Notes: generated by a model from the sequence alone, not told the origin. Shown: positions 1 to 25,284, numbered from the stretch's first letter. The stretch is DNA of 64,000 nucleotides from Macrostomum lignano (GCA_002269645.1 NIVC01001908.1:62001-126000); one strand, 5' to 3'. Numbers and translations are program-made.

Positions 1-49
1 TTAACCCTGGAATGTAGCTCGTTGAAAATTTCCAAGTTCGTCAAAATTC

Positions 50-328
50 CCTGGATCCCTGGATTCCCATTCTGACACCTGGATTCCCGTTCTGGTAACT
101 GGATTCCCGTTCTGGTACCTGGATTCCCGTTCTGACTCCTGGATTCCCGTTCTGGTACCTGGATTCCCGTTCTGACTCCTGGATTCCCGTTCTGGTACCT
201 GGATTCCTACTCTGGTACCTGGATTCCTACTTTGGTACCTGGATTCCTACTTTGGTACCTGGATTCCTACTTTGGTACCTGGATTCCCGATCTGGAACGT
301 GGATCCCCGTTCTGGCACCTGGATTCCC
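50..328. repeat. 20-bp minisatellite (GGATTCCCGTTCTGGTACCT) in the last intron of the MAP1 gene
   Basis: About 13 near-identical units seen directly, ending just before the TTTCAG acceptor at 344. Confidence 0.95.
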
Positions 329-344
329 GCTGCATGAATTTCAG

Positions 345-716
345 CAGCAGCAACAGCCAGCCGGTTTCGTACGCCCTGTGTGGCTGGATCTGGCCTACCT
401 GCCCAGCGGCCAGTCCGCCATCGGTGCAGAATTTTTCCATCGCGTCCGGGCGGCCCGCTACGTCCTGCCCGGCCGGCTGGCTGACCCGGACACTCTGGAC
501 GCTCTGCTGGCCGCCAAGGAGGCCGCCTGGCCGGACCAGCCGTCCGTGCTGGTACCGGCCCGACCCGACTGTCCGCGACTGGCCGCCTGGCTGTCCGGCA
601 ATTCGGACAGGGCGCGAAAGGCCCACCTGACTGTGGCGACGGCGGCGGAGGCTTCGGCCGGGATCAGCAGGGTGCGCATCGGGTCCGGTCGAGAGGCCTG
701 GTGCATCGAGCTCTGA
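345..716 (+). CDS. MAP1: Terminal exon of a microtubule-associated protein 1 (MAP1A/B/S, Futsch) gene, encoding the conserved light-chain C-terminal domain
   Basis: Translation PVWLDLAYLP...EFFHRVRAARYVL...LDALLAAK...WCIEL* matches the recognised MAP1 C-terminus (PVYLDLAYIP...FFRRVRA..YV...LDALLEGK...CKIEF). AG acceptor at 343-344, TGA at 714-716. Confidence 0.9.
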   Translation, partial: QQQQPAGFVRPVWLDLAYLPSGQSAIGAEFFHRVRAARYVLPGRLADPDTLDALLAAKEAAWPDQPSVLVPARPDCPRLAAWLSGNSDRARKAHLTVATAAEASAGISRVRIGSGREAWCIEL

Positions 717-1975
717 GCAAAAACGAGTTCGACCGTAACCAGTAAATTAACGAATTTCAACTGAGGTTTTGACCCGTTGCTACAAGACCGGTAATTGGCA
801 AACTGTGCTGCAGTTCTAGGCGAAAGTAATCTCTAGAAACAGTTTTGGTACAATTGTAGGGACAGCGGTGAACACGTCCGACTCTCTCGCCACGACCCTC
901 TGGCTCGATTCCGCGCGCTGCGTACATTCAACCCCCCCCCCAAGGCACAGAGAATGTACATGCCTGACGATTAAAAATTCTTGGGCCTGCGTACAGTACC
1001 CGTGCGCTTTTATGTGCCAGCAGTCGGTGGAATGGGCAGAAAGAATATATATTTTTAAAGGCCCGCTAAAACGGTCGTCCTTCGACTGGGAGAATAATAT
1101 TTTTTGATGTAATGATCACGATTTTTGCTTCTGCTGTTCGAGAGGTAAACACATTGCTTTTTAGTTGCTGCGACCTATAGTTGGTACATAGCTAGTCATA
1201 ATAATAATTATATGCACAGCTATGAATTATTTTATAAGCGTCATATTATGCTTATTTTTCGCACATTCAGTGTAGCCCCAGCTTTTCTATTATAGATAGC
1301 TAATTTTAGAACTGGGAAAACACCCACTTGACGTGGGATTTCCGTAGCAGGCCAGATTCGTTTTATCTTAATTGGCTGTCTGGCTCAGTTTGACCTTGGG
1401 AAGATGAGAAAACTATATATAAAATCAGTCACGCACTGATAGCGTGATGTAAAAGGTCAAATTTAGCTTCCAGCCAATAAAATGCAGTCTGGTCCCGTTT
1501 TTTATCCACAATTTTATTGAGCAATCAGCCTTCGGTAGAAAATCCCCGTTTTTCTTTCACATTCACTCTGTTGTAACTTTAATTTTTATGCTTTCAATTT
1601 TTAGTTCACATTTTCCTACTCAACACTTTCATATCAGTCGTTTTTTTTAGAAATAATCGTACTGTAATTCCCCCCCGCGCCTGCCGGATGATGTAGCTTA
1701 AATTAGGCTGCAAAAAGTTATTAGTTAAATTCTATATGCTCCATTATTATGCTTAGCTTCGCTTTTTCAATTCCAAAAGCATTAAATGATAAATTTGCAA
1801 CATAGTTTCAATTTCAATTTTTACAAAACGTACTTTTTTCTCGCTTTCATTAGAAGCAAGAATTAAAATAAATCTGAAAAATTTTCAACTGGTCACTTCA
1901 CTTCGCTTCAAGCGTTGATTCGCTTAAACAAAAGATAATTACAGAAAAATGAAACTGACTTTTTATTTTATCAAT

Positions 1976-2112
1976 CAGTCATTGAATCTGCCTCTCTCCT
2001 CTCCCTCAGTCATTGAATCTGCCTCTCTCCTCTCCCTCAGTCATTGAATCTGCCTCTCTCCTCTCTCTCAGTCATTGAATCTGCCTCTCTCCTCTCTCTC
2101 AGTCATTGAATC
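1976..2112. repeat. 31-bp tandem repeat, about 4.5 units
   Basis: CAGTCATTGAATCTGCCTCTCTCCTCTCCCT repeated. Confidence 0.9.
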
Positions 2113-2917
2113 TAGTTCTCCACTTCTTTACAGATTTCCGAAGAGTTCAGTCTCATAAATGATTACAATTACACACAACACTGTCTTTTTAGATAGTTTC
2201 AAAGCTACCGTAAAAATATTTGAAATAGTCGAATACGGCAAAGACCGCAAAGTCATTTTATTCTTGGAAAATAAAATAAAATTTTTTCTAACAGGCGTGT
2301 GTTTTAATATCCGCAATCTTATTTAAGAATAAGATTTGTACTCAGAAGAAAAAACAGGCATGAAAGCTTAAGAAGTCAGTTTAAATTAGCTCATTAATAT
2401 TCTAAAAGTATGGTAGGTCTCGCGTGCACCATTAATGTACGTTGTGAACGAAAGTACATCTAATGTACTTTTGCAGAGGTATGCAATCATATCTAAATAA
2501 AGCATCACTGAGAAATGAAACACAGAGAAGTTATCTAATACAAAAAAGTAAATTACAGAATTCCGAACACTAATATTAATAATAATTTACACGCTTTTTA
2601 AACCTGAAATATTTTTCTTTTTATAATTGGTTTTTGCAGATTGACTGACAGAACAGCTTGAATTCACACTACAGTCAGCAACACGCTAAACCAGGGGCCA
2701 ACAAGGGGCCTCCGCGGCGCAAATTGCATCATGCACACAATAAATATTTATCTACCTGCATAGCAGCTTATTAACGTACTTTAAAAAATCTGCACACCAC
2801 TTACTAAAGTTTTCATTACAATTTTACGAGTACAATATTCATCAATTTTGATAACTTAGTAGCTTCGAAGGTACAGCATCCTTTGTGAGAATTCTTTCAA
2901 ATTTAAAAGCTACTAAA

Positions 2918-3220
2918 GGGTTTTAGCCTAGGGTGTTGGAGCGTCGGACTGACGACTCACGTTAGAGCGGTCGGACGTTCGATTCCCGATCCCACAGGGG
3001 CAATTTGTGTCCTTAAGCAAGACACATTGAGCCTTGCTTCAGTTCACCCCAGCTGTAAAATGGGTGCCAGCATTAGCTGGGGTAATTGAGGCTGTGTGTG
3101 GCGACCCCCGGCCCAGTCCTTGGACTGAACAGCCGTACGCAGCCTTCAGATGCGCCGCGCAATAGCTGCTGCACATCTGGCCCAATTGGGGCAGGTGTAA
3201 TCAATTATTATTATTATTAG
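2918..3220 (+). mobile_element. tRNA-derived SINE with CORE-like central domain and (ATT)n tail
   Basis: tRNA-like head with A/B-box-like motifs (TTGGAGCGTCGG; GTTCGATTCCC). Central TGTGTCCTTAAGCAAGACAC...CAGCTGTAAAATGGG resembles the CORE-SINE domain. ATT tail present; second copy at 38061-38377. Confidence 0.85.
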
Positions 3221-3297
3221 TTTAATACGTATTATTTCCTTTAATGCTGATATCTGGCAATATTAAATTTCCCCAGCAAATATGAATTTCAGTCTGT

Positions 3298-16389
<13,092 letters not shown>

Positions 16390-18803
16390 CCAGTCGCCAT
16401 GAAGAAAAAAATTGTTATTATTTAATTTTACCACAAATTAGTTATGATTATGTATATATAAGGATACAAAATTTGAATAATAATAGTTGTCTTAAACAAA
16501 AACTTCAATTCTAAACTAGCAAAGCAGCAATACAATAATGCTTTATTAACTAAAATTATTAACTTAAAAATCCATTAACTAGCACATAAAAGCAAAAAAT
16601 ATATAAAGGCAAAGTTACACATGAAGATCCCAACTTAACATAGACATATATTTAAAATATATTATACATTTTTTAATTCTAATAATTTTCTAGAAATAAA
16701 CAAGAAATTTTCTGAAAATTCAGACTAGACCATTTGGATGTAGGCTAAGATCATTCCAGTCCAACCAGGCTGTAGCCTACTAGTATATCTGGCCTTAACC
16801 TATTATTTAGTATTTTGCTAAAAAATAATGTAGAAATTTCAAATTTTATTGTCTGTCTACCTAAGAAAACTAGTGATTTGCAAAATTAAATATTTAATTT
16901 TGAAACAAAAAGTTGTTCTTATATTTCTCTAGCAGTAAAAATACTAAAAGCCAAATAAAATGCAAAAAATTAACAGATATCATGCCTGCGAAAAAAACAG
17001 TAATTGGGAACTGGTGAATTGAATTGAGCTGAACTGAACTGAACTTCATTGAACTGAATTGAATTTTCGATGTTTCAAAAAACTTGAAGAAAAGTGCTGA
17101 TAATTACTCTCAAACGATTATCGGCGTTTGGGCTACAGCCTACAGTTCGTTTTTGCATAGGTGGCCTCTCTTGGCTCGAACTCGAATGGATCTCAGCGAT
17201 CATCATGAAAAGCCTCATTGAATAGGCGGGATGATATATTTGGTTGACAACAATCTTTTGTATATTAAGAGCAAAAATTTGCTTTTCTGTAAATTTATTA
17301 TGTAAAACTAATACATATCTGGCGAAGGCATATGTATATCAGCGTTTTTCATTAAACTTAGGAGAAAACTTGTTTTAATAGTTAACAGTTTATTGTAATT
17401 TAAATTATAAATAGAACGCAAAACGAAACTCACCTTTGTGGCAAAGTCTAAAAATGTCTTTTGCTTACTTCTGGATTTGCTTCATATAAAGCTTGCTCCT
17501 CGCGAAGCTTTTTGGATTAAAATAGTATCATGCAAAGGCTCAGTCGAAATTGTGACGCGAAAGACCCAATTTTTTAGCCTGCAAACAACTAGTTTTCTTG
17601 TCCCCCTCGACATATCACACAGTTGCGCCCAAAAATGGACGAAATAGCGTTGTGTTGAGCGATACATATACATGTAAAACAATGTTTTACTCGCCTATAT
17701 TCACAAGTCGGTGTCCAGCTTGCCAAAACTATGTATGTTCAAATGTGATCAATGTTCACATGTGCACATGTGTGCAGTACACAGTACCCAAATACACAGT
17801 AGCCTACATGTATAGTATGAAACCAAGCTCCCTTTCTCCAAAAAATGCTTTTTCTGGACATATTTTCTGATATAAGGTAAACCTATAGATTTGAAGATAT
17901 AGAAATGTATACTTTTACGCTCGCGCGTATTATAAATTTGGAATTGAAGGTACATGTATTATGTACATGTACAAACACTGCGGTCTCTACTGACTTTGGA
18001 GGAGCCGCCATTTTGCCTTTGCTTTTTAGCTCGTATAATTTGCAAAGGGAACGCGTGTCTCCGTCTTCGAGTTGAACGGCAGTGGGCTTTTGGACTCCAT
18101 TGCTCAGTGGAGTCCATGCACAGTTCTCCTTCACTTGTTCCAATTTTCGGACTTCATGTACGAGCTAAACATGTATGATATTTCGGGTTTATGATGGCCC
18201 CTTTTATTATTTTGGCTATGAATAAATCGAGCTCTTGGGCTTCTAAGTAAAAAACTGTTCAGGGTAAATAAACATAAACCCAACGGTTGAAATTGAACAA
18301 GGACAAAAAAGTGTCTGCACAATGTTACGCGCTCGTACATCTTCGCGGTTTATCAGCGGGAAGAGGGAGAGCTGGAGAAGGAATATTGACGATTAGAGAG
18401 CAGCACATTGCACGAAGAGAACTGAAGAAACGCTGCAAATATTCTAAACACTTCACTACAGCTCAGGCGGACTTGGCCAACGCAGCCTAGCTCAGATCAG
18501 CTTAACGCTTAAGAGAATACCAACACCCGTCCCCCATTGCCACGATTGTATGGTCTTTATCTCCTTTTCTATCCCTGTCGCTCCCGTCCTCTCTCGCTTT
18601 CTCACATGTTTCTCTCTGTCAGTTTGTTTCTCAAAGTTTCCATGGAAACATTAGCCAGGCCCCAAGACGATAGACTTTCCTACTAAAGCAGAGTTTGACT
18701 GCATCGGCTCTGCGCCACTTCCCCAGTTTGTTGAGATTCTCAAGCTCACAGCCTCTCACTCAGTGCTGCCTTCTCATTCCTACTTACTCGACGGCCTTCC
18801 AAA

Positions 18804-21800
18804 ATGTCCTTATCGAGCATTGCCGTCATCGTGGCCATCTGGAGCTCTCGAGCTGCCGGTGAGACCTTCGTCTTCGACAAGAGGCCGGACCTGTGCTTCG
18901 CGGAGGCGGCCCCGGCTGCTGGCGACCAGCGCAAAGTGCTCGGAGTTGTTGACTCTCGAGTGTGCGCGGTTGAGTGCGCGGTCAACACCAGCGTGTGCTC
19001 CGTCTACTAATACCTGCCTGGCAACAAATCCTGCGTCCTTGGCAACAGCTGCGACCTGCTGCTGAAGTGGCAGAGCACTGGCGGGCCAGCGTGCGACACG
19101 CAGACGCTTCGAGATCGGGCAGCGTGCGGGTCCACGAGCGACACTGCAGCCACAACTGCAGCCTCGACTGGAGCAGTTGCTACTACAACTACAACACCAA
19201 CTACAACTACAACACCAACTACAACTACAACACCAACTACAACACCAACTACAACTACAACACCAACTACAACTACAATGCCAAGTACAACTACAACACC
19301 AACTACAACACCCACTACAACACCAACTACAACACCCACTACAACTACAACTACAACACCAACTACAACATCCACTACAACTACAACTACAACACCCACT
19401 ACAACACCAACTACAACACCCACTACAACTACAACTACAACACCAACTACAACATCCACTACAACTACAACTACAACACCCACTACAACTACAACTACAA
19501 CACCAACTACAACTACAACTACAACACCAACTACAACACCCACTACAACACCAACTACAACACCCACTACAACTACAACTACAACACCAACTACAACATC
19601 CACTACAACTACAACTACAACACCCACTACAACTACAACTACAACACCAACTACAACACCCACTACAACACCAACTACAACACCCACTACAACTACAACT
19701 ACAACACCAACTACAACATCCACTACAACTACAACTACAACACCCACTACAACTACAACTACAACACCAACTACAACTACAACTACAACACCAACTACAA
19801 CACCCACTACAACACCAACTACAACACCCACTACAACTACAACTACAACACCAACTACAACATCCACTACAACTACAACTACAACACCCACTACAACTAC
19901 AACTACAACACCAACTACAACACCCACTACAACACCAACTACAACACCCACTACAACTACAACTACAACACCAACTACAACATCCACTACAACTACAACT
20001 ACAACACCCACTACAACTACAACTACAACACCAACTACAACACCCACTACAACACCAACTACAACACCCACTACAACTACAACTACAACACCAACTACAA
20101 CATCCACTACAACTACAACTACAACACCCACTACAACTACAACTACAACACCAACTACAACTACAACTACAACACCCACTACAACTACAACTACAACACC
20201 AACTACAACTACAACTACAACACCCACTACAACTACAACTACAACACCCACTACAACTACAACTACAACACCCACTACAACTACAACACCAACTACAACT
20301 ACAACACCAACTACAACTACAACACCAACTACCAGGGGTACAACTACAGCACCAGCTACAACACTCAGTGCGCCATCTGCATTCAATGGTAAGTGCGCAT
20401 GAGAATTAAAAAACCAAATGTCGGGTTCTGGATGCTATTATAGATAACAGTGTAACAGTTTATAGCGATATCTATTTATTTTATGTCAGCAAATTATGTC
20501 AGCAACAACTTGAAGGTGAACTGCAGAAAGGCAGGTATAAAGTCGAAAGTCGAACCACTGTAGTATAACAAGACGTAGAACTCATCTTTTGGAGGCCAAT
20601 TTACTAAAAGAACACTGCGAAAAATTATTTCATCATCACAAAAGCAATGCTGGCATTTGATCTGGGGCAGTAAAAATTACTTATTCGTATAATCACAAAC
20701 AAGCACAACATATGTTACTCTGTTGTATTTTATACAGTTGTGTAGTGAAAGTTTCATATTGTTTTCTTTTTAATTGAGAAGCCCAAGGTTGTAAACACTC
20801 ATAAGTGGCACTATATCTGAAATTTTTGTTTTGCTCCTTCTCAAATCAAATATATTTGTAATAAAAATGTGGCAAGCAGGTACTCTAGGTACTCTAAGCC
20901 AATATTGTAGGTATAATGATCCATTTCAATGCATATTAGTTCCTAGATACATACATACATGCATACACAGTTTGTGCATACAACTTTGGGCTTATTAAAT
21001 GAAAAAAGACAATATAAAAATGAAACTTTCTCTACACAGGTATATCATACAATAGAGTAACCAAGGACTACTAAAGTAACATATATATAGAACGCAACAC
21101 TCGAAATCTATGGTAAATGTTTTGAAGGCAACTTTTCGCCGAAAAATACACTACAGAGATAGGAAATTTCACGATTTTCAACACTAAAACAGTGATTGGG
21201 TCTCTTAACAGTGTCAGAGAAAGTTCTAATCACACAATTTTGTGCTTCACATGCTGCTCTAACGACGCATTAATCGATCCATTATTTTAAACGTTTTTTT
21301 CAAGTGACAGACCAATTAAACATGAAAAACGATTAATGCGTCGTTAGAGCAGCATGTGAGGCACAAAATTGTGTGATTAGAACTTTCTCTGACACTGTTA
21401 AGAGACCCAATCACTGTTTTAGTGTTGAAAATCGTGAAATGTCCTACCTCCGTAGTGTATTTTTCCGGTGAAACCTGCCTTTAAAACTATTTCTGAACGA
21501 AAAGCTTTATGAATATTGATAGAGCAATAAGAAAGGCACAACATATCAAAAGATGAACACTGGATCTGCCTCCTATCGAAAGCAATAGCAATTTTTGTGC
21601 TGAAAAAATTAAAACCTCCTATCTCTGTAGTGTATTTTTCGGCGGCAAGTTGCCTTCCATTTACTTAGATTTCGAGTGTAGCGTCCTTCTACTTAAGTTG
21701 TCCTTGAGAGTAACATGCTGTGCATGCTAAATTAAAAGAATGGTAATCATCACTGCCCCAGAGCTGGCATCGATGCAACGAAATTCAATTTATTATTTGA

Positions 21801-23682
21801 TGAAAAAATGTTTTCTTCCATCTTCTAACCCGAGTAAATTAGCCGGTCTCTGACTGTTTTTACCATGGCTGCCTTCTGGCGGCATTTCTCGGGTTGTGGG
21901 CAATCCAATTGACCTACCCTTAAGGTAGCTCAATCCTAAAGTGTCCTCACGGGAGGTAGATGTGCATTCCAAAAATAACTTCTCTAAGTTTCTGCCCTGC
22001 CTTGGTTTAGGGGGGGGGGGTTGTACCTGGAGTGATTGTGACTCTGGACTGCAGTGTGGCTGAGCCCCCGGGTCGTAGTACCCACCCTGCAGGAAAGACG
22101 ATCATTCACAAAAGTGTACGGTAGAGCCCAGTCGATGCCAGCCCTGAGGCTGAGCCCCTAGTGATCCTCCTCCATTATTGCTTTTATCCCTGTCTTTGTG
22201 CTTTGTGTTTTATCCCTTGCTTTTAGCTTTTGGTCCATGGACAACTAGAGTAGTCTACTCTAGTTGTCCATGTTTTGGTCATGATCGAGCCAACCCAAAA
22301 TTTAGGAGCTAAGATCTCGCCTCTGTGAATTCCATCGGCTCCCTCGGCCCAGCTGCTGTCTCCTCTGGCTGTCTCCCTGCTTATTGTGTCTCGGCTATTA
22401 TCACTTGTGGATTGGTGTCCTGGGGAATGAGTTCGTCCCGAATCGGGGAATACCGGCTGAGTCCGGTGTCCCTTTGCTCTGTGCTGCTCCTCTCCAACCC
22501 CTGAGCTTGGGCTTATTAGAGCTGGGTGGTGAAAAAGCCTTGTGGCTTGCAGCCCTATTGGAGGTTTTATCCTGGAGGCCTGCCTGATAGGAGACTTGCC
22601 GCTGGTAAATAAGCTGCTCACACTCTTTCCCCACAAGCTAGTAGCAGCTAAGCTAGGGTAAGTCCCCGGCCTCCAATACTGGCGTCTCGGGCTTATGCTC
22701 CTAGTAGTGTCGCCCTACAAAATCCCTGCGGCAGAGCCCTTCCCTGGACTGATCCGCGCTAGGCTAAGCTTAGCACCTCGTTTAACAACAACAACAAAAT
22801 TAACCTTCTAAATAATTACACGTTCTCAGAGTTTTACACCAGCTGTTGTACGACAATGGTCCTTGCAATAAAAACTCAAATTCCATCGAACTCCCTCCAG
22901 CTCCTCCGTCGGACTCGAGCAACCAAACTGGATCGGTGCAGACTTTCACTCCGCCGAACGACGGCTGCTATCAAATCTCGGCTTGGGGCGCCAGAGGCGG
23001 CAAGTCATCCGCTAACGCGAACGGCGGCAGAGGCGCATTCAAGAGCGCCAATTTCATGCTGACCACGTCGCAAACTCTCACGCTTGTTGTTGGCAAGCCG
23101 GGAAACAGCGGCAGCAGCGGCGGAGGAGGCGGAGGAGGCGGCAGCTTTGTGTACACAACCGGCCCCAGCACGCTGCTGCTGGTGGCCGGTGGCGGAGGAG
23201 GCGGCGGCGCCGCATCTTCTTCGACGATCGGTAAGGACGGAACAAGCAGCACCGGAGGCTCTTGCAGCACATCAGACGGACAAGGCGGTGACGGTGAAAG
23301 CTTTAGAAACTCTGGCGCGGGCGGAGCTGGTTGGAGCTCAGATGGAACAGCCCTGGCCACTGACAAAAACGGAGGCCACGGTGGAAGAAGCATCGGCGGC
23401 AACTGGGCCGGAGGCAACGGAGGGCCGGGCAGCAACGGCTTCGGCGGCTACGGTGGAGGCGGCGGAGGCGGCAACAACAATGATGAAGATGGAGGCGGCG
23501 GCGGAGGAGGCGGCTACTCTGGCGGCTGCGGAGGACCCGGCGACAGCAGTGACGGCTACGGAGGCGGCGGTGGCAGCTACGCGAGCTCATCCGGCAAGCA
23601 GGCCACGGGAACGACAGGCGGCAACGGTGAAGTCTTCGGCAAGGTGAGCATCGCTCAGGTGGACGGCTCTCTGTGCAGTTAA
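18804..23682 (+). CDS. Secreted PAN/Apple + Thr/Pro mucin stalk + ALK/LTK-type glycine-rich domain protein; interrupted by an in-frame TAA (possible null allele, pseudogene or sequence error)
   Basis: Exon 1 (18804-20388): hydrophobic signal MSLSSIAVIVAIWSSRAAG, PAN-like CAVECAVNTSVCSVY*YLPGNKSC, then ~380 aa of T/P repeats in the same frame; GTAAGT donor at 20389. Exon 2 (~22832-23682): YQISAWGARGG, LTLVVGKPG, GGGGGSFVY, LLVAGGGGGG, typical of the ALK/LTK glycine-rich domain. Joining the two exons is inferred. Confidence 0.7.
19180..20330 (+). repeat. Coding ACT/ACA/CCA trinucleotide-derived repeat (poly-Thr with interspersed Pro), mucin domain
   Basis: In frame with the upstream signal peptide and the downstream donor site. 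Confidence 0.85.
21062..21706. mobile_element. Non-autonomous foldback DNA transposon (CAAGG...CCTTG termini, 8-bp TSD), P-element-superfamily-like
   Basis: TSD AGAGTAAC at 21054-21061 and 21707-21714. Internal 111-bp inverted arms at 21166-21276 / 21330-21440. Right part matches the element at 49410-50106. Confidence 0.85.
22022..22700 (+). mobile_element. Possible LTR-like segment in the mucin gene intron
   Basis: G-run (PPT-like) at ~22010-22020 followed by TGTACC; TGGCGTC (PBS-like) at ~22680. No second copy or internal ORF. Confidence 0.25.
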
Positions 23683-24167
23683 CATGAGCAAAATATTTCA
23701 AAGAATATTCATACGTATGCTATATAAATTACATTATTGAGTGTAACGATAGCTACCTTAAGCATAGCTAGGACATAATGTTAATAAGACTCTTGGTTTT
23801 TTATTTGCAGTGATCGTAAGTTTGAAATAAATATTTTTGTAGCAATGCAATTGATTTAAATTTTTTACTGTTCAAATTATTTTTAACAAAATTTAGAAAA
23901 CATAACTCCTCTGGATGCCCGCAGGTAATAGGTTTTCTTCTAATGTTTCAAATTTTAAATGATAATTTCTGAACAAATATACTAAGAACTCATCATCCCT
24001 TTAAACAAATAGGATTTCTGTGAAAGCCAATTACAACACCTTAGCATTTTTTTTAGTCTTTTTGAGATTGAGTTAAAACATAAGCACTCTAGTCAAGAGT
24101 AATCAAAGAAAGGGAATGAGTTACGACTAAATCATGGCCGTCAGCTGTCAATATTTTACACTTCTCT

Positions 24168-24557
24168 GTCCACGACCTCCTGTCCACGACCTCCTGTCCA
24201 CGATCTCTTGTCCACGACCTCCTGTCCACGACCTCCTGTCCACGACCTCCTGTCCACGACCTCCTGTCCATGACCTCCTGTCCATGACCTCCTGTCCACG
24301 ACCTCCTGTCCACGACCTCCTGTCCACGACCTCCTGTCCACGACCTCCTGTTCACGACCTCCTGTCCACGACCTCCTGTCCACGACCTCCTGTCCACGAC
24401 CTCCTGTCCACGACCTCCTGTCCACGACCTCCTGTCCACGACCTCCTGTCCACGACCTCCTGTCCACGACCTCCTGTCCACGACCTCCTGTCCACGACCT
24501 CCTGTCCACGACCTCCTGTCCACGACCTCCTGTCCACGACCTCCTGTCCACGACCTC
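24168..24557. repeat. 14-bp minisatellite
   Basis: GTCCACGACCTCCT, about 27 units. Confidence 0.97.
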
Positions 24558-25284
24558 CACGCGCTCGTAAAAACGAGTTATGAAAATCGATGTGTTGTGG
24601 AAGTCTGGAGACTGAAATTTGGTGATAGTGGAGTCTCGGGATTGTTCAAGTTTGCAGATTGTGAAGTTTGAGAATTGGGAAGTTCGGGGATTGTGAAGCT
24701 TGAGAATTGAAAAGTTTGGGGATCGTGAAGATGCATGCGCCATCGCTTCATTTGCGCAGCTAAGTTTAGCTCTCTGAACTTCTTCCATCCGGCATCCAAA
24801 CCAGATCCTCATGCGCACTGTCAACTCAAGCAGTGCCTATAGCAGGTCTCTAGCGTGTTTGTCTCTCAGACTCAAGTAGAAAACTTGCAGAAACTCTCAA
24901 CTTTCTCTTTTGTAAGTTCTCCTCATTCCACTTCAAGGCTGTTCTTTTTAGTTGGTCCTTGCATAATAATTTTTTTCACGTCTCCAGCACTGCATGGACG
25001 TCTTCCCTGCCCTGCGCATCTGCACTTCATGAAACAGCTTACGATGCATCCGCTGACGTACATGTATGGCCCCAACACGTGATGATGGACTTGCTCCCCA
25101 TGACCTTGCCGCAGCCTCCTCAAGGCCACTTTTCTCTCTCCCGTCTCCCCGGCTCTTTGCATGCTGGATCCAGTTCTTTCTGCACTTGATCTTCTGTCTT
25201 TTGTCTTTTGTCAACCCCCCCTCGGTAATTTGCTCCATTGTTGTTTTACACCCTATTTGAAGCGCCCTTGGCAGTTGCTCCAAG

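Noticed and set aside
2918-2995. tRNA gene
   Set aside because: Degenerate cloverleaf followed by a SINE body and tail; it is a SINE head.
17380-18500. Short ORFs and a small palindrome (GGACTCCA...TGGAGTCC) between the divergent genes
   Set aside because: No domain, TIR pair or TSD could be established.
19008-19010. TAA read as Tyr under an alternative flatworm code
   Set aside because: That reassignment is mitochondrial. Nuclear genes in this window (rpl39, TTC24-like, the GRD exon) use TAA as a stop.
18974-20409. Poly-YN, poly-LQH and poly-V ORFs
   Set aside because: Alternative frames of the mucin repeat; only the Thr/Pro frame links to the signal peptide and donor.
24560-25283. Several 60-110-aa ORFs
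   Set aside because: Stops in all frames, no recognisable domain; probably decayed TE sequence that I cannot classify.
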